Source of the DNA: a virus
Lineage: Duplodnaviria > Caudoviricetes
Virus record (IMG/VR): IMGVR_UViG_3300001598_002233
Span: 22,311 to 86,310 of that record
Length of the DNA stretch: 64,000 nt
Reading direction: 5' to 3' (one strand)
Shown here one piece after another: positions 18,901 to 28,756 of the stretch. The number at the start of each line of letters is the position of its first letter. The first letter of the stretch is position 1. The notes beneath the pieces are model-generated. The model ran no database searches. It was not told the origin of the DNA and was given only the letters and a program-made list of their open reading frames with translations. Position numbers and translations under genes: made by a program.

Positions 18901-21900
18901 AGAAGATTATTGTGTGGCGATAAGGTTGATGAGCAAACTGGATATCCTATTTATGATTTCCTTTATTTAAGGGGTAATGGCTTTGACGGAAAAATGAACA
19001 AGCAAGTTACAGCAACTACTGAGTATAATAAGAAGGTGGATGTTAATGATGAATATAGTTGGATGCAGGGGCAAGGCAACCTCAAGTCAGACGATTATGA
19101 CAATGCGGAGAAGGGTGAGACCTATGCAAAGACATTGGAAAATGTCAATTCAGACTATTATATGTTCAGGATGGGCCTTGATACTCTAAAAAGCGAACAG
19201 CAAGATAAGAAGTTCCTCATAATTTCAAACGGAGCATCAATGCCTCAGTATGAAAATAGTTATTACTTTTATTTCGGACTTAAGGATGGTGCAACGGCAT
19301 TAGACGAGTTCAATAAACAATTCTTCTCAGTATGTGAAACTGATAGTTCTATAATAAATACACCTGCAGTAAATGCTGTTGGTAATGTTGAATCTGGCAG
19401 TTGCCTTACAGGTGATATTACGGTTATGGGTAGATTTGTAGAAACGCCAATTAGAGTAACGCTTAGTAGAACAGATGGGACACTTATTGATTCGGTGACA
19501 ACACAGAATGATTATCATATTTTTGAAGATATACCATTTGGCAATTATACCGTAAATCTTGTAGACGCAAATGAGGTGGAATTATCAACTTCAGTTATTC
19601 TTGGTTCTAATGTAATGGAAGTAAATTATGAAACAAGTGATTTCAGTTTTAGAACAAGAGGAATGGATATTGGAGATATTACAGACAAGGCAAGTGAAAC
19701 ACAAAGTGGATTATTTAAAGTTAGAAATAAAATTCAGGTGGGAGAGGATACCTATATTTTATCCACAGCATTAACAGATTTTGCTATTGCACTTGTAAAC
19801 ACAACACCAAAGGATGGGAAAATTGAATATATGCATTACCCAACGGGCACAAATGTCCCTATTGATGAATCATTGCTATATAATGAAGATAAACAGCGTG
19901 TTTATACAGGGTCTGATATTACAAATAGTATACAAGGCATTACACAGACAGCAGGTGAAAATGGAACAACGACAATACCAATGTGGCGAAGCGAAAGTAA
20001 TTATAGCCTTTATATTTATCTTACATGTGGTAGTAGTTGGAAGTATACACAGCATAGCAATTTCAGTGTTAATGGCATTGATGCCTATGACCTATATTTA
20101 GGTAGCAAACTATTACCTTATAGCGAAAAATTAGTAGGATTAAGTGACAAATGGTGGGATAGTATAGGTGATGACAGTACTAATATAGATAATTGGGCAA
20201 TGAGGCACGCCTTATTCAGGCAAACAGATGATAGTGGTGAGGAGTTTGAAAACAAAATTTATGCACTTAATGAGAACGATAAAGAGATAGATACGGCATT
20301 GTTTGGGCAGCCAGAACAATTTATCGGAGGCGTTCCTGTTCCATATTCAAAGGATGGGAAAACCATATGGTATGAAGGTGATAACGCATTTGAAGGCGAC
20401 CTTTCAGATGAAAGCATACTTCCTACTTGGCCAACAGGGACAACGAGCCGTGCTCATTTTAGTGAAATGGCTTATTATAAGGGATTGGTTATCTCAGATT
20501 CAATAGGAAAGGCCACAATAACAAATAGCACTACAGGAAGGGCAGATAGTATTTGTATTACTATTAGCAAAACAATGAGTTCGATTGCGGCGAATGACGC
20601 TTGTATCATCAAATTAAATGATGGGAATGTTATTTATGCCGTTAAAGTATCTGACAAGAAATATGAATATTATGGTGAAACTTATTCGAATGGAACAGAA
20701 TTAGAATTTCACCCCGTGTTCAAATATCCTGTAATGGATAGGCCATTTTACGCAAATATGAATTTCCTTATATGGAATATAGCAACATTAGACGCTGAGA
20801 TTGATGAGGAAACACAGAGTACTACTTTTGTTACCGTGGATGGCCTTGGATGGAGAATGGATAAGTGCAAAGTTCATAATGGTATTACATACCAGAAGAA
20901 TTTCAATCAAGTGCTAATAAATGGGCTCAGTGCAATAACAATAAATGGTGCAGTAACTCCATATGCTTCTATAATTAGAAGGCCAGTTAGTGAAACTGAT
21001 ATAAAAGAAGAGTGTATTATAAGTGCAAGCATAGATATTAATAGGATAGATGAAAATCTTAATGACAATGTTTCTTTCTATATTGAAGAGGGTGTTCCTG
21101 GTAGTGTTTTGGATAAGACAAGCGATGTTTACCAGAAGATAAATAAGCCAAGGAAATTTGAATCTGCAAGTATAGAGGGAAGCGTTAGTTTTGGGGATAT
21201 GGAGAATGAAATCAGATATTATAGAAATGGTGATGCATTTACATTCTCAGGGTCTTCAACGATGGATTATTATCTATTTAATGCGACAACAACTTCAGTC
21301 GGATATGTTGAGCAACCATTAGGCGTAGGCGATGTTGTTAGTTATTTGATGCCAGATTTCTCATACTCTACATTGCACTTTGCAGTAAAGGGTAGAATAA
21401 ATAGTACAGGTGTTGGCATTGATTCAAGGAATGTTTTGAATGAAACTATTATTTGTGAATGTCAGAAAGATATTTATAATTCGAAAATTTTTAACATTGT
21501 TTTCTCAATATATAGCGGGTCTACGATTAAATCAAAGATTACGGTAAAATGTGAAAATAAGTATGATGCTATTACTGCAACAACTCCTTATGAAGTTTTA
21601 GACTATGAGTTTGACAAATTTTATGGAGGAAAGGAAGACATTGAAGATATGGGTTATACCACTATTGACTATTTAAGTGAATATTGTGGAATTGATATCT
21701 GTATGTCTTATACATATGACAGAGCAAATCCTCCAACAGGATATACTTGTTGGTTAGATTATTACAAGAAGGAAATCGGGGATGGTAATGCATATAAAAT
21801 TAAAATGGGTGAAACCCATAGATTTTTAATGATAGACGATAGTTCCTTTGCCATTGCAATGGCAAGTAATACAAGTGGGGCACAAGGTGATATCAACGTA

Positions 21901-21942
21901 CTAAAAATATATCCAGAATTAAAGGAAATAAAGAAATTGTAG
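15982..21942 (+). CDS. Very large putative structural (baseplate/tail-associated) protein
   Basis: 1986-aa uninterrupted ORF in the baseplate operon; N-terminal YGVIVGRVLANNGFGVPNAKLSIF transthyretin/carboxypeptidase-regulatory-like beta domain; Cys-rich middle. Function inferred from context. Confidence 0.6.
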   Translation: MSELNKSYRIKANVGGDSNISLMLNQDYNVLEVLSIKINQEDTYKIHSANYGVIVGRVLANNGFGVPNAKLSIFIEGEFSSVEDTALYPFSSTASRDGNGTRYNLLVDKKVDDCHQVVGTFPNKTYLLDNNDLIEIFDKYYKYTTRTNNSGDYLICGVPVGNHTLHMDLDLSDCGILSQRPRDFVYKGYTIEQFENPNQFKTDTELDVLSQVFSQDQTVNVIPFWGEENNGQEIGITRADVNVKFKFEPTCVFMGSLVADNASNGISKKCVPTNQMGAMDELTTGEGTIEMIRKTMSDDVEEFQIKGTQLIDGNGVWCYQIPMNLDYMMTDEYGNTVPTDDPERGIPTRARVRFRISMQDNEMNTDNYFRAKVLVPHNPQDTVEGHEEYDYEFGSYTKDESFRDLFWNNVYTVKSYIPRIQKSQVTRSERFTGIKHCNIYGNNNPMPYNNIRIRLPLMFTILCALIKSYIRIVRWINTILDFFIFCFGQISTAGDGVTFGMASKFVHLVENSKFITLADGLCPDLENWYFAPSNSNKTIYYDWGKDTKATTMLKLTFNSLIYDNAADTTAIDTTNSSNNTQSICLTSSIDYLVSCIEMNLAQEYKVINFDFYNDWVNGVIYMPRWMKFIRKKRSFLFGLITIKSKVKACMDDSTIFGKTRRYTQQCSLQYKRANNKPYTEVITDLGCDEKNKNKTTQKCHKNQGMNQYSIFGSGNRSQKGNGGAVHETKTMKDQYVYYFKPCEWGLTDNKKTILFANDIILLGSLNDCNLYGLPQAFKHLTSSSYIMPTNLALTNMDDDGYLYADNNGTICSRTTLDENLSVKKVETSFSSTSKYYSTAQDETVQYGVDSEGNAVNDDTIPLTEAAGIAWNYTGPGQGTANFSKRNNTIYQPGGHFLGISCVNSETNIKSCINLQRICEAGATMSQRREEVRQVSMENGSPKLSYRYFIPTGLISQDEVLDGDFRTMFATMNHRRLLCGDKVDEQTGYPIYDFLYLRGNGFDGKMNKQVTATTEYNKKVDVNDEYSWMQGQGNLKSDDYDNAEKGETYAKTLENVNSDYYMFRMGLDTLKSEQQDKKFLIISNGASMPQYENSYYFYFGLKDGATALDEFNKQFFSVCETDSSIINTPAVNAVGNVESGSCLTGDITVMGRFVETPIRVTLSRTDGTLIDSVTTQNDYHIFEDIPFGNYTVNLVDANEVELSTSVILGSNVMEVNYETSDFSFRTRGMDIGDITDKASETQSGLFKVRNKIQVGEDTYILSTALTDFAIALVNTTPKDGKIEYMHYPTGTNVPIDESLLYNEDKQRVYTGSDITNSIQGITQTAGENGTTTIPMWRSESNYSLYIYLTCGSSWKYTQHSNFSVNGIDAYDLYLGSKLLPYSEKLVGLSDKWWDSIGDDSTNIDNWAMRHALFRQTDDSGEEFENKIYALNENDKEIDTALFGQPEQFIGGVPVPYSKDGKTIWYEGDNAFEGDLSDESILPTWPTGTTSRAHFSEMAYYKGLVISDSIGKATITNSTTGRADSICITISKTMSSIAANDACIIKLNDGNVIYAVKVSDKKYEYYGETYSNGTELEFHPVFKYPVMDRPFYANMNFLIWNIATLDAEIDEETQSTTFVTVDGLGWRMDKCKVHNGITYQKNFNQVLINGLSAITINGAVTPYASIIRRPVSETDIKEECIISASIDINRIDENLNDNVSFYIEEGVPGSVLDKTSDVYQKINKPRKFESASIEGSVSFGDMENEIRYYRNGDAFTFSGSSTMDYYLFNATTTSVGYVEQPLGVGDVVSYLMPDFSYSTLHFAVKGRINSTGVGIDSRNVLNETIICECQKDIYNSKIFNIVFSIYSGSTIKSKITVKCENKYDAITATTPYEVLDYEFDKFYGGKEDIEDMGYTTIDYLSEYCGIDICMSYTYDRANPPTGYTCWLDYYKKEIGDGNAYKIKMGETHRFLMIDDSSFAIAMASNTSGAQGDINVLKIYPELKEIKKL

Positions 21943-21943
21943 T

Positions 21944-24622
21944 ATGGAAAATAAAATTTTATTAAACTCTAAAAAAAGTAAATATTCGGTGAATAAGGAG
22001 GAAAATTTAGCGATAAATCTTTCCTCCAAATCCCGTATTATTCCATATAATGATGTCAGTACAAAATTTAATTTGTATAATCTATACAATGAGGAACGTG
22101 ATAACAGTGACAAGTATAGAATAATACTAACAGTAAATCCCATATGCTCCAATGTTCTTCTCAATATGAGAACTGAGGTCGTTAAGGGCGAGGGAGGGGA
22201 TAATTGTGAAACATTAGTTGGAGATGCTACTTTTACTGGTATATCCTCAATCAACAACGCATCTCTTGATTGGAAACAAGCAATTAGGGATACGGAATAT
22301 ACACACCCACAAGAATGGAAAGATGGCAAGCCGATTGTTTATCATTGCGGGCTCGATATACTTAACAATCATCTTTTAAGGCAGAACGGATTTATATATG
22401 TCGCATCGGCTGGCACAAGTGGAGTATTTAACACAATTTATGATTATGTTAGGGACCTTAATGGAAAAACAGTAGAGGAGGCAACAGGCGTTGATTCAAA
22501 AACACAACCAATTCATCTTTATCAGTATGACACTATTCTAACAATGTATAATGCTTATATTAATAGAGTGAAAGAGGAAAATGGGTGGTACGGTTTTAAA
22601 AATAGTGCAAATATAGATATTCCTAATGCAGCAAAGACTGGTGTTGGGGGTGGGCTTTTTACCATCAATAAAATTATGAACAACAACAAACCTTGTGAGT
22701 TTATTGATTTTTACCCTGACCGTTCCTTATATTCATTTATACCCAAGGTAAACAAGTATAGACATAGAGTTGAAAAGAATTGGGATTATTGTTTAACTTA
22801 TCCTTACGAGAAAGATTACAAGAAACTACATCAAGTATGCCAACCAGAAATAAGCACTGCAATTACGGTGGATGGGGGTAATGATGCTATTAGGATAATT
22901 AATGCCGAGGTATTTAATACAGCAAGTGGCTTCGAATGTGTTAGATTCAAGTCAATGTTCAAACATACGATAAAGGCTAAGGATTATATTACATTATTCT
23001 ATAAGAATGGAGATACATTAGTGAAACGCCCTTTAAGGATTAAGATTTATTCAGTGGGTGATTTAGACGGAAAGGATAAGGACAGATATTTTTCAATTAG
23101 AATGTCTGATATTGCTGATACTTTTGGGAATAGGGATGGAAAGGTCGTGTTCCGAGACGGTGATTTAAAGCCAACAGAGGAAGTTGCACAATTTTTCTAT
23201 AAAAAATCTATCGAAGGGTATGATTGCCATTATTATTTCAGAAAATTCAAAAAGATAGATTGCAATAGCGAAATAAACAAACTCGCATTTGGAGAAAATA
23301 TCTATGGCGATAGAATGGCTCAAATTGTATTTACTGATGTTGTAGATACAATGGGACTTGTTGACCATAATGGAAAGCCATTAACTGAATTGTACCTTAC
23401 AATTATCAAAAGAAATAAGGGATATGAGGAGTGGTATGACAAAGGAAATTATAGGGGAGAAGATGTTGAGTTTTCGCATTGTTTTGGAAAGGTGACTTCT
23501 GGGCTCGATATGCCTACCGACGAAGATTGTTATCAGTATAATGTAAGAAGGCTTCACAATGTGGATTTAGAGGCGTTTTCAAGCATTTATAAGAGTCAGA
23601 CGAAGGCAGTCTTCGGAAATGTATTAAGCAAGAAAATAACCCCATTAGAAGACGATATAACAATAAGCAATGATACTTTCTATGGCGATATTGTTGAGTA
23701 TGATATCATAAATATGAAAGAAACCGTTTTAGAACATGTTTATTATCGTTTTAATACGGCACAGAGAGAGACTGCAAATAGTGGTTATTGTGATATATTA
23801 TATGATAGGCTTGACTATGATGATTACGATAAGAACATAAATCAGAGTGGGGTAGATGGATTTAAGATAACTTCTGGAAATATGAATACCACAAATTATG
23901 GCACACTTCCTACTGGACATACAAGCCTTGACAATTTATTTGCAGGAAATATTCAGCCAGAGGGGTATTATTATAATCCTCATTATAAGATAAAGATAAA
24001 GGAGGTTTCAGAAGAAGTAACAACTGCTTCTGGCCGTACTATGAATTATAAATCTGCAAATGTAATAACTGACATTTCAGGAGACACTTATGCAATAATT
24101 CAATTATCTTCAAGATATTCATTAATAAAGGATACCATTATTGGATTCTATAATTATGAAACCAATAAATTAATGTGGGGCTCATTAAGTGCATTTACAT
24201 TAAATGATAAGGGGGAAGAAATAACGGTCTTGATGGCAGAAAGTGTAAATCAGACAGAGTTATACACCGCGTTTAGAGATAGGAAGATATATGTTATTTT
24301 AACAAGCAATGAAATTGCACCCTATGCAACATATCTTAGTGGCTCACATAGTTTCGTTTGGAGAGAAATAAAACCAATGTCAAGTCTTGTGGAGGGGGAG
24401 GATTTGTATTCAATGCCGTTCACGAATGGATGTCACTATATAAATCAAAATATCAACTTGTTCTTAAAGAGGCAAGACCCAAGGAATGAATATTTCTTAT
24501 TATCACCAGAAGAAAAAAGTGGTGTTGTAAGCCCACTAAGGGTGTATAAAGTATGGGGATGGGATGTCGTGGATACTTCATCTTCTGAATATAATGATGG
24601 CATAGGACAATTGTGCGTGTAA
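21944..24622 (+). CDS. Hypothetical protein, probably structural
   Basis: 892-aa ORF 1 nt after the previous stop, within the baseplate operon; no motif recognised. Confidence 0.6.
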   Translation: MENKILLNSKKSKYSVNKEENLAINLSSKSRIIPYNDVSTKFNLYNLYNEERDNSDKYRIILTVNPICSNVLLNMRTEVVKGEGGDNCETLVGDATFTGISSINNASLDWKQAIRDTEYTHPQEWKDGKPIVYHCGLDILNNHLLRQNGFIYVASAGTSGVFNTIYDYVRDLNGKTVEEATGVDSKTQPIHLYQYDTILTMYNAYINRVKEENGWYGFKNSANIDIPNAAKTGVGGGLFTINKIMNNNKPCEFIDFYPDRSLYSFIPKVNKYRHRVEKNWDYCLTYPYEKDYKKLHQVCQPEISTAITVDGGNDAIRIINAEVFNTASGFECVRFKSMFKHTIKAKDYITLFYKNGDTLVKRPLRIKIYSVGDLDGKDKDRYFSIRMSDIADTFGNRDGKVVFRDGDLKPTEEVAQFFYKKSIEGYDCHYYFRKFKKIDCNSEINKLAFGENIYGDRMAQIVFTDVVDTMGLVDHNGKPLTELYLTIIKRNKGYEEWYDKGNYRGEDVEFSHCFGKVTSGLDMPTDEDCYQYNVRRLHNVDLEAFSSIYKSQTKAVFGNVLSKKITPLEDDITISNDTFYGDIVEYDIINMKETVLEHVYYRFNTAQRETANSGYCDILYDRLDYDDYDKNINQSGVDGFKITSGNMNTTNYGTLPTGHTSLDNLFAGNIQPEGYYYNPHYKIKIKEVSEEVTTASGRTMNYKSANVITDISGDTYAIIQLSSRYSLIKDTIIGFYNYETNKLMWGSLSAFTLNDKGEEITVLMAESVNQTELYTAFRDRKIYVILTSNEIAPYATYLSGSHSFVWREIKPMSSLVEGEDLYSMPFTNGCHYINQNINLFLKRQDPRNEYFLLSPEEKSGVVSPLRVYKVWGWDVVDTSSSEYNDGIGQLCV

Positions 24623-24623
24623 T

Positions 24624-26153
24624 ATGGAAAAGATAGAAATTAGTTTAAATAGTAAAAAAGATAGGGAAGTTTCTTTCAAGATAGTAGAAATGTCTGACTA
24701 TGGCAATTATCTGAAGATAAAAACCAATATCAAGATAAGCCCACAAGATACCATATGTTTTAGAAGATATGTTTCTTCTGAGGCATATGATGCCGATGTT
24801 TGCATTAGGACATACTATACAACCGTTGTAAAGTCTCTTTCCGATGCTGAATTTATAATTGAGCACCCTAAGCCACAACAGTTAATTGTTAGTGCTGTAA
24901 GTGGCAATTGTATAACATTTAAGGAAGAACATAATATTTTCGCACAAGACCTAATACAATATCCTTATACTTTAGTGTCATCAGCAAAGTCATACACAGG
25001 CTTATCAATGTGTGATGCTTTTACCCATAGTAGCGTTACCCCTTCAGATTTTGTAAAGACAAGGGCGATAAATACCAATGTAATGTGTGAAACGGGTAAA
25101 ACAATCGTTGATGGTAAAATAAAATACTATATTCCAGTAAAGTTAGATAGATTGAATATCTATGTGGCTGATGCTACGGGTTTAGGGCTAAATTCAGCAG
25201 TAACACCTTCTGTAAATGAGTTCTATTATAAGTCAGGAACGGCATATACAATGTTTAGTGGGGTAAGTGTAACTTTGGTTAAAAACTATTACCAAATCCC
25301 CTTAAATTTAAGTGAAAATACTGATTATGTTCACTTAATGCAAGAGGAGAATATTAACAATGAGTTTATTGCTAATGCTAAAGCATCATTAGTTCCAGAA
25401 GTGATTGACTTTGAAAAATTAAAGTATTCACCGTATGTGAATATTACTGGTGACACTCCAAGTATGGCCTCAAGCATTACTTTCAATCTTCATTTCAGGA
25501 AAAGAACAGAAGACAGCAAGTGGGAAATAACGGGCGAGGATTGGAATAATTCAACACCAGGTACATCAGATGTGTTAGGGTGGCTTAATTTTGTGGATAG
25601 TGATGTGCAATATCAAAAACTAAAGGTTAGGAAGTCGTTTATAAGATTGTCATTTTACACAACCAATGACCCTCTTACACAGAAGTTATTATTTTACTCT
25701 ACTGTTTTTCTTGACGGAGGAGAACTTTATGGGAAATTTGTAAAGACAAAGGCTTATTTAAAAAACAATACGGGATATACTGAACAGGTAATATCATACA
25801 CAGGAACTCCTCGTGTTGATAGCCAAATTGTTATTAAAAATGAATATAACTATGATAAATCAAGTGAAGGATTTTATCTATATTTATTTGCTTCTGATGC
25901 CCCAGAAAATGAGCCTAAAACTATTTATATGAAAGTGGAGTTTAACCATGCGGGGGTTGGAAGAACATTCCCTATGATTCCTGCTAAAGAAGGTGTTACC
26001 CTTGAAAATTATATGGAAAATCTTTACATTCCTTTAAATATTCGTTATAAGGGTGGCAAATATATGTATGGCTTCAAACCAATTAAAGATTTTTGTACAG
26101 AAACTAATAACAATATAATATTTGATTTATACGAACCAATTTTAGACAAGTAA
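24624..26153 (+). CDS. Hypothetical protein, probably structural
   Basis: 509-aa ORF, coupled to neighbours. Confidence 0.6.
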   Translation: MEKIEISLNSKKDREVSFKIVEMSDYGNYLKIKTNIKISPQDTICFRRYVSSEAYDADVCIRTYYTTVVKSLSDAEFIIEHPKPQQLIVSAVSGNCITFKEEHNIFAQDLIQYPYTLVSSAKSYTGLSMCDAFTHSSVTPSDFVKTRAINTNVMCETGKTIVDGKIKYYIPVKLDRLNIYVADATGLGLNSAVTPSVNEFYYKSGTAYTMFSGVSVTLVKNYYQIPLNLSENTDYVHLMQEENINNEFIANAKASLVPEVIDFEKLKYSPYVNITGDTPSMASSITFNLHFRKRTEDSKWEITGEDWNNSTPGTSDVLGWLNFVDSDVQYQKLKVRKSFIRLSFYTTNDPLTQKLLFYSTVFLDGGELYGKFVKTKAYLKNNTGYTEQVISYTGTPRVDSQIVIKNEYNYDKSSEGFYLYLFASDAPENEPKTIYMKVEFNHAGVGRTFPMIPAKEGVTLENYMENLYIPLNIRYKGGKYMYGFKPIKDFCTETNNNIIFDLYEPILDK

Positions 26154-26154
26154 T

Positions 26155-27864
26155 ATGGAAATAATAAGAAAGAAAATATATCTTGAAGACAGCAGATGCA
26201 GAACAAACAGCAATCTGCCCTTTATTCCATATAATGTAAGTGTAGAAGGACAAGATTGGACAGCAATCACCCAAAGTACAATTAATAAAGGAAGTTGGGG
26301 AAATTTTGCTGCTGACCTTTCTGGGGAAACCATACAAATGTCATATAAGGATTTTGATGGGGCATCAATAGTAGATACCACAAGTACTTGGGTGGGGAAA
26401 AGTAATGTTATCAGAACATTGGAATTGCTCAAAAGATACTATGATATTCTCAAAATATTAAGAAATGGTGAATATATAGAGGGAAAACAAAATGCTATGT
26501 GTGATACGGCCAGTACTTGGGACGGAAAGACCTATGTGAAGGTGGCTGTTATAAATGGCACCGCAGAGAAAACAATGCGTGATTATATTCCATATAATAG
26601 AGTGTGGTTCGATAAAAATGGAAATGAATTCATTAAAAAATATGGGGAAGCGTCAGCTAGTAGAAAAGTAAATCTGATATCGCCAACAGAATATGAAGAA
26701 TATCAAAAGTTAGGGGGGATGGGATTAGTTAGATATGTTGATGAATTGATAAATAGTTCAATAACTTGGTCTAATAAATATACAAAGCCTACAATTGATA
26801 TGGATATCTTCTTATCTCAAGATATGGCAGATGTTGGCGTGCTAACTACATATGAAACACTAACGCTACAAATTAATTCAATAGGTGCGGCACTTTTTGA
26901 TAGCACAACTTTTTCAGTCCCAATGGTGCAAGCAATTGCAAGCAGTTCAACTTGGACTGATTTTAGCAGTATAACTGCAGAGTCAAGACTTCAAGAACTG
27001 CAATTAGAGTACAATATGTCTGATGATGAGACACTGTCAGGAGTATTTGAACCTTATTGTGGGGACACCTACTTCACCAAGGCAAAATACAGTGGAGGAA
27101 AATGGAAATTAAATAACCCGACAGTACAAACAGGATTAACTTGTGGAGATGGAAAGTATATTGGCGATTTAGGTGAAAAAGAATACCAAACATTTTCAAC
27201 GCCGTCAGCATTACTTAGTGCGTTATCTACAGCACCAACAGTTAAAGATTATTGGTTTAAGATAAAGTATAAAGATAGTTTAGGTATTCCTTATAAAGTA
27301 AATGTACCATTTAATAGTATGCTTGTGGAAAGTGGAACAACAGGTGGTACATATGTGGGTGACTATATAACAGAAATTAAAGATGAGGGTTCTGCAATTA
27401 CATTTACCTATGTAATGGGTGGCAGATTTATTGAGAGAGGAAAGAATATTACTCCAATAGTTAAAACTGGTGTTGTTTATACAGAAAAGTACCCCTATAA
27501 GAAAGGTATTAGTGCCACTACGGTGTTAGATGGCTATAATGCAACTATTTATTATAATAAAATTGATTATGATGCAAATAAACAAACAATATATAATGGT
27601 GATTTGAACCTATATAGGCAAGCGATAATAAGCAACATAATAGGATATAATGTATATGACTTTTTAAGCGATAGTGGCGAAACAATAAACGCTCCTTGCT
27701 TCTCACAGGAATACTTATTTGGAATGCCATTCCCCATCACTTCAGAAGTTGATGTTGAGGTTGATAGAGGAAGCAGCACGGCGTTTGAAAAGCATTTCAA
27801 GATTGCTGAATGCAATTCATTTGAAGACCTCGAAAATTACGGAAATAACTTTTTTAATATATAA
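26155..27864 (+). CDS. Hypothetical protein, probably structural
   Basis: 569-aa ORF, coupled to neighbours. Confidence 0.6.
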   Translation: MEIIRKKIYLEDSRCRTNSNLPFIPYNVSVEGQDWTAITQSTINKGSWGNFAADLSGETIQMSYKDFDGASIVDTTSTWVGKSNVIRTLELLKRYYDILKILRNGEYIEGKQNAMCDTASTWDGKTYVKVAVINGTAEKTMRDYIPYNRVWFDKNGNEFIKKYGEASASRKVNLISPTEYEEYQKLGGMGLVRYVDELINSSITWSNKYTKPTIDMDIFLSQDMADVGVLTTYETLTLQINSIGAALFDSTTFSVPMVQAIASSSTWTDFSSITAESRLQELQLEYNMSDDETLSGVFEPYCGDTYFTKAKYSGGKWKLNNPTVQTGLTCGDGKYIGDLGEKEYQTFSTPSALLSALSTAPTVKDYWFKIKYKDSLGIPYKVNVPFNSMLVESGTTGGTYVGDYITEIKDEGSAITFTYVMGGRFIERGKNITPIVKTGVVYTEKYPYKKGISATTVLDGYNATIYYNKIDYDANKQTIYNGDLNLYRQAIISNIIGYNVYDFLSDSGETINAPCFSQEYLFGMPFPITSEVDVEVDRGSSTAFEKHFKIAECNSFEDLENYGNNFFNI

Positions 27865-27869
27865 AGCAT

Positions 27870-28754
27870 ATGTCAGGAACTTATGGGACAATACGTCCAG
27901 CAAATATAGATGTTAGTAAAGATGTTGAAATGTTTTACTATTATAGGCCTACAAGAGGCTCAGAATCACAGGACTTCAATGGATATAAGCCCCTTGATAG
28001 TTCATTCTTGGTAGGTGGCACTAAAGATAGTGACGGTACTGGTATTCTTGGAGTATATAATTTAAGATTACCTGTTGATAAGTTCAATAGGAAGGGCTTT
28101 TATAGCGTATATATTAGGCCAAAGGAGGTAATATGCAATATATTGGATGTTAGTGTGCTTGCTGCCTACCCTGATGTTAAAGGCATTGTTTTTAATTTAA
28201 GTGACTTAAATGGCTTGGGTATTTCTGATACTGACTTAACTGGCTACAGAATTGATTATTTTGACAATTCTGGTAATAGGACTGATACAACAAGATTGAT
28301 TACATCTTGCAATTATTGCGAGCCTGTTCTTGTCACAATTACTGACACTTATCCAAAGTCCACGAGATATAAATATACTGATAGTAGCAGTAATATGGTT
28401 TTCTGCACGGTAACACCGAGTTCTTCACTCAGTTTCAGGCCTAATATCGTGCCTTATATTGGTTATGCAGGGTGCAAGATTGCCTTGTCCAACACAAAGT
28501 TCAATCCAGTACTTCTTGACCTTGAAATGGTTGAACATGACATTGAGACAATCACGAATATGGTAGAAGGCGACCAAGTTAGGAATAGGGATAAAGGTAT
28601 TATTACCGTATTTAATGGCGATAAGGAAATTTACAAGCAACAGGAATACTACACTGTTAAGGATAAACTTGGAAATGCCCTATATGATGTTAAGAAAGGC
28701 AAGGATTCAATAGATAGTGGCGAATCATATGATAAAACGATAGACAATGTTTAA
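27870..28754 (+). CDS. Hypothetical protein, probably structural
   Basis: 294-aa ORF in the same operon. Confidence 0.6.
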   Translation: MSGTYGTIRPANIDVSKDVEMFYYYRPTRGSESQDFNGYKPLDSSFLVGGTKDSDGTGILGVYNLRLPVDKFNRKGFYSVYIRPKEVICNILDVSVLAAYPDVKGIVFNLSDLNGLGISDTDLTGYRIDYFDNSGNRTDTTRLITSCNYCEPVLVTITDTYPKSTRYKYTDSSSNMVFCTVTPSSSLSFRPNIVPYIGYAGCKIALSNTKFNPVLLDLEMVEHDIETITNMVEGDQVRNRDKGIITVFNGDKEIYKQQEYYTVKDKLGNALYDVKKGKDSIDSGESYDKTIDNV

Positions 28755-28756
28755 GT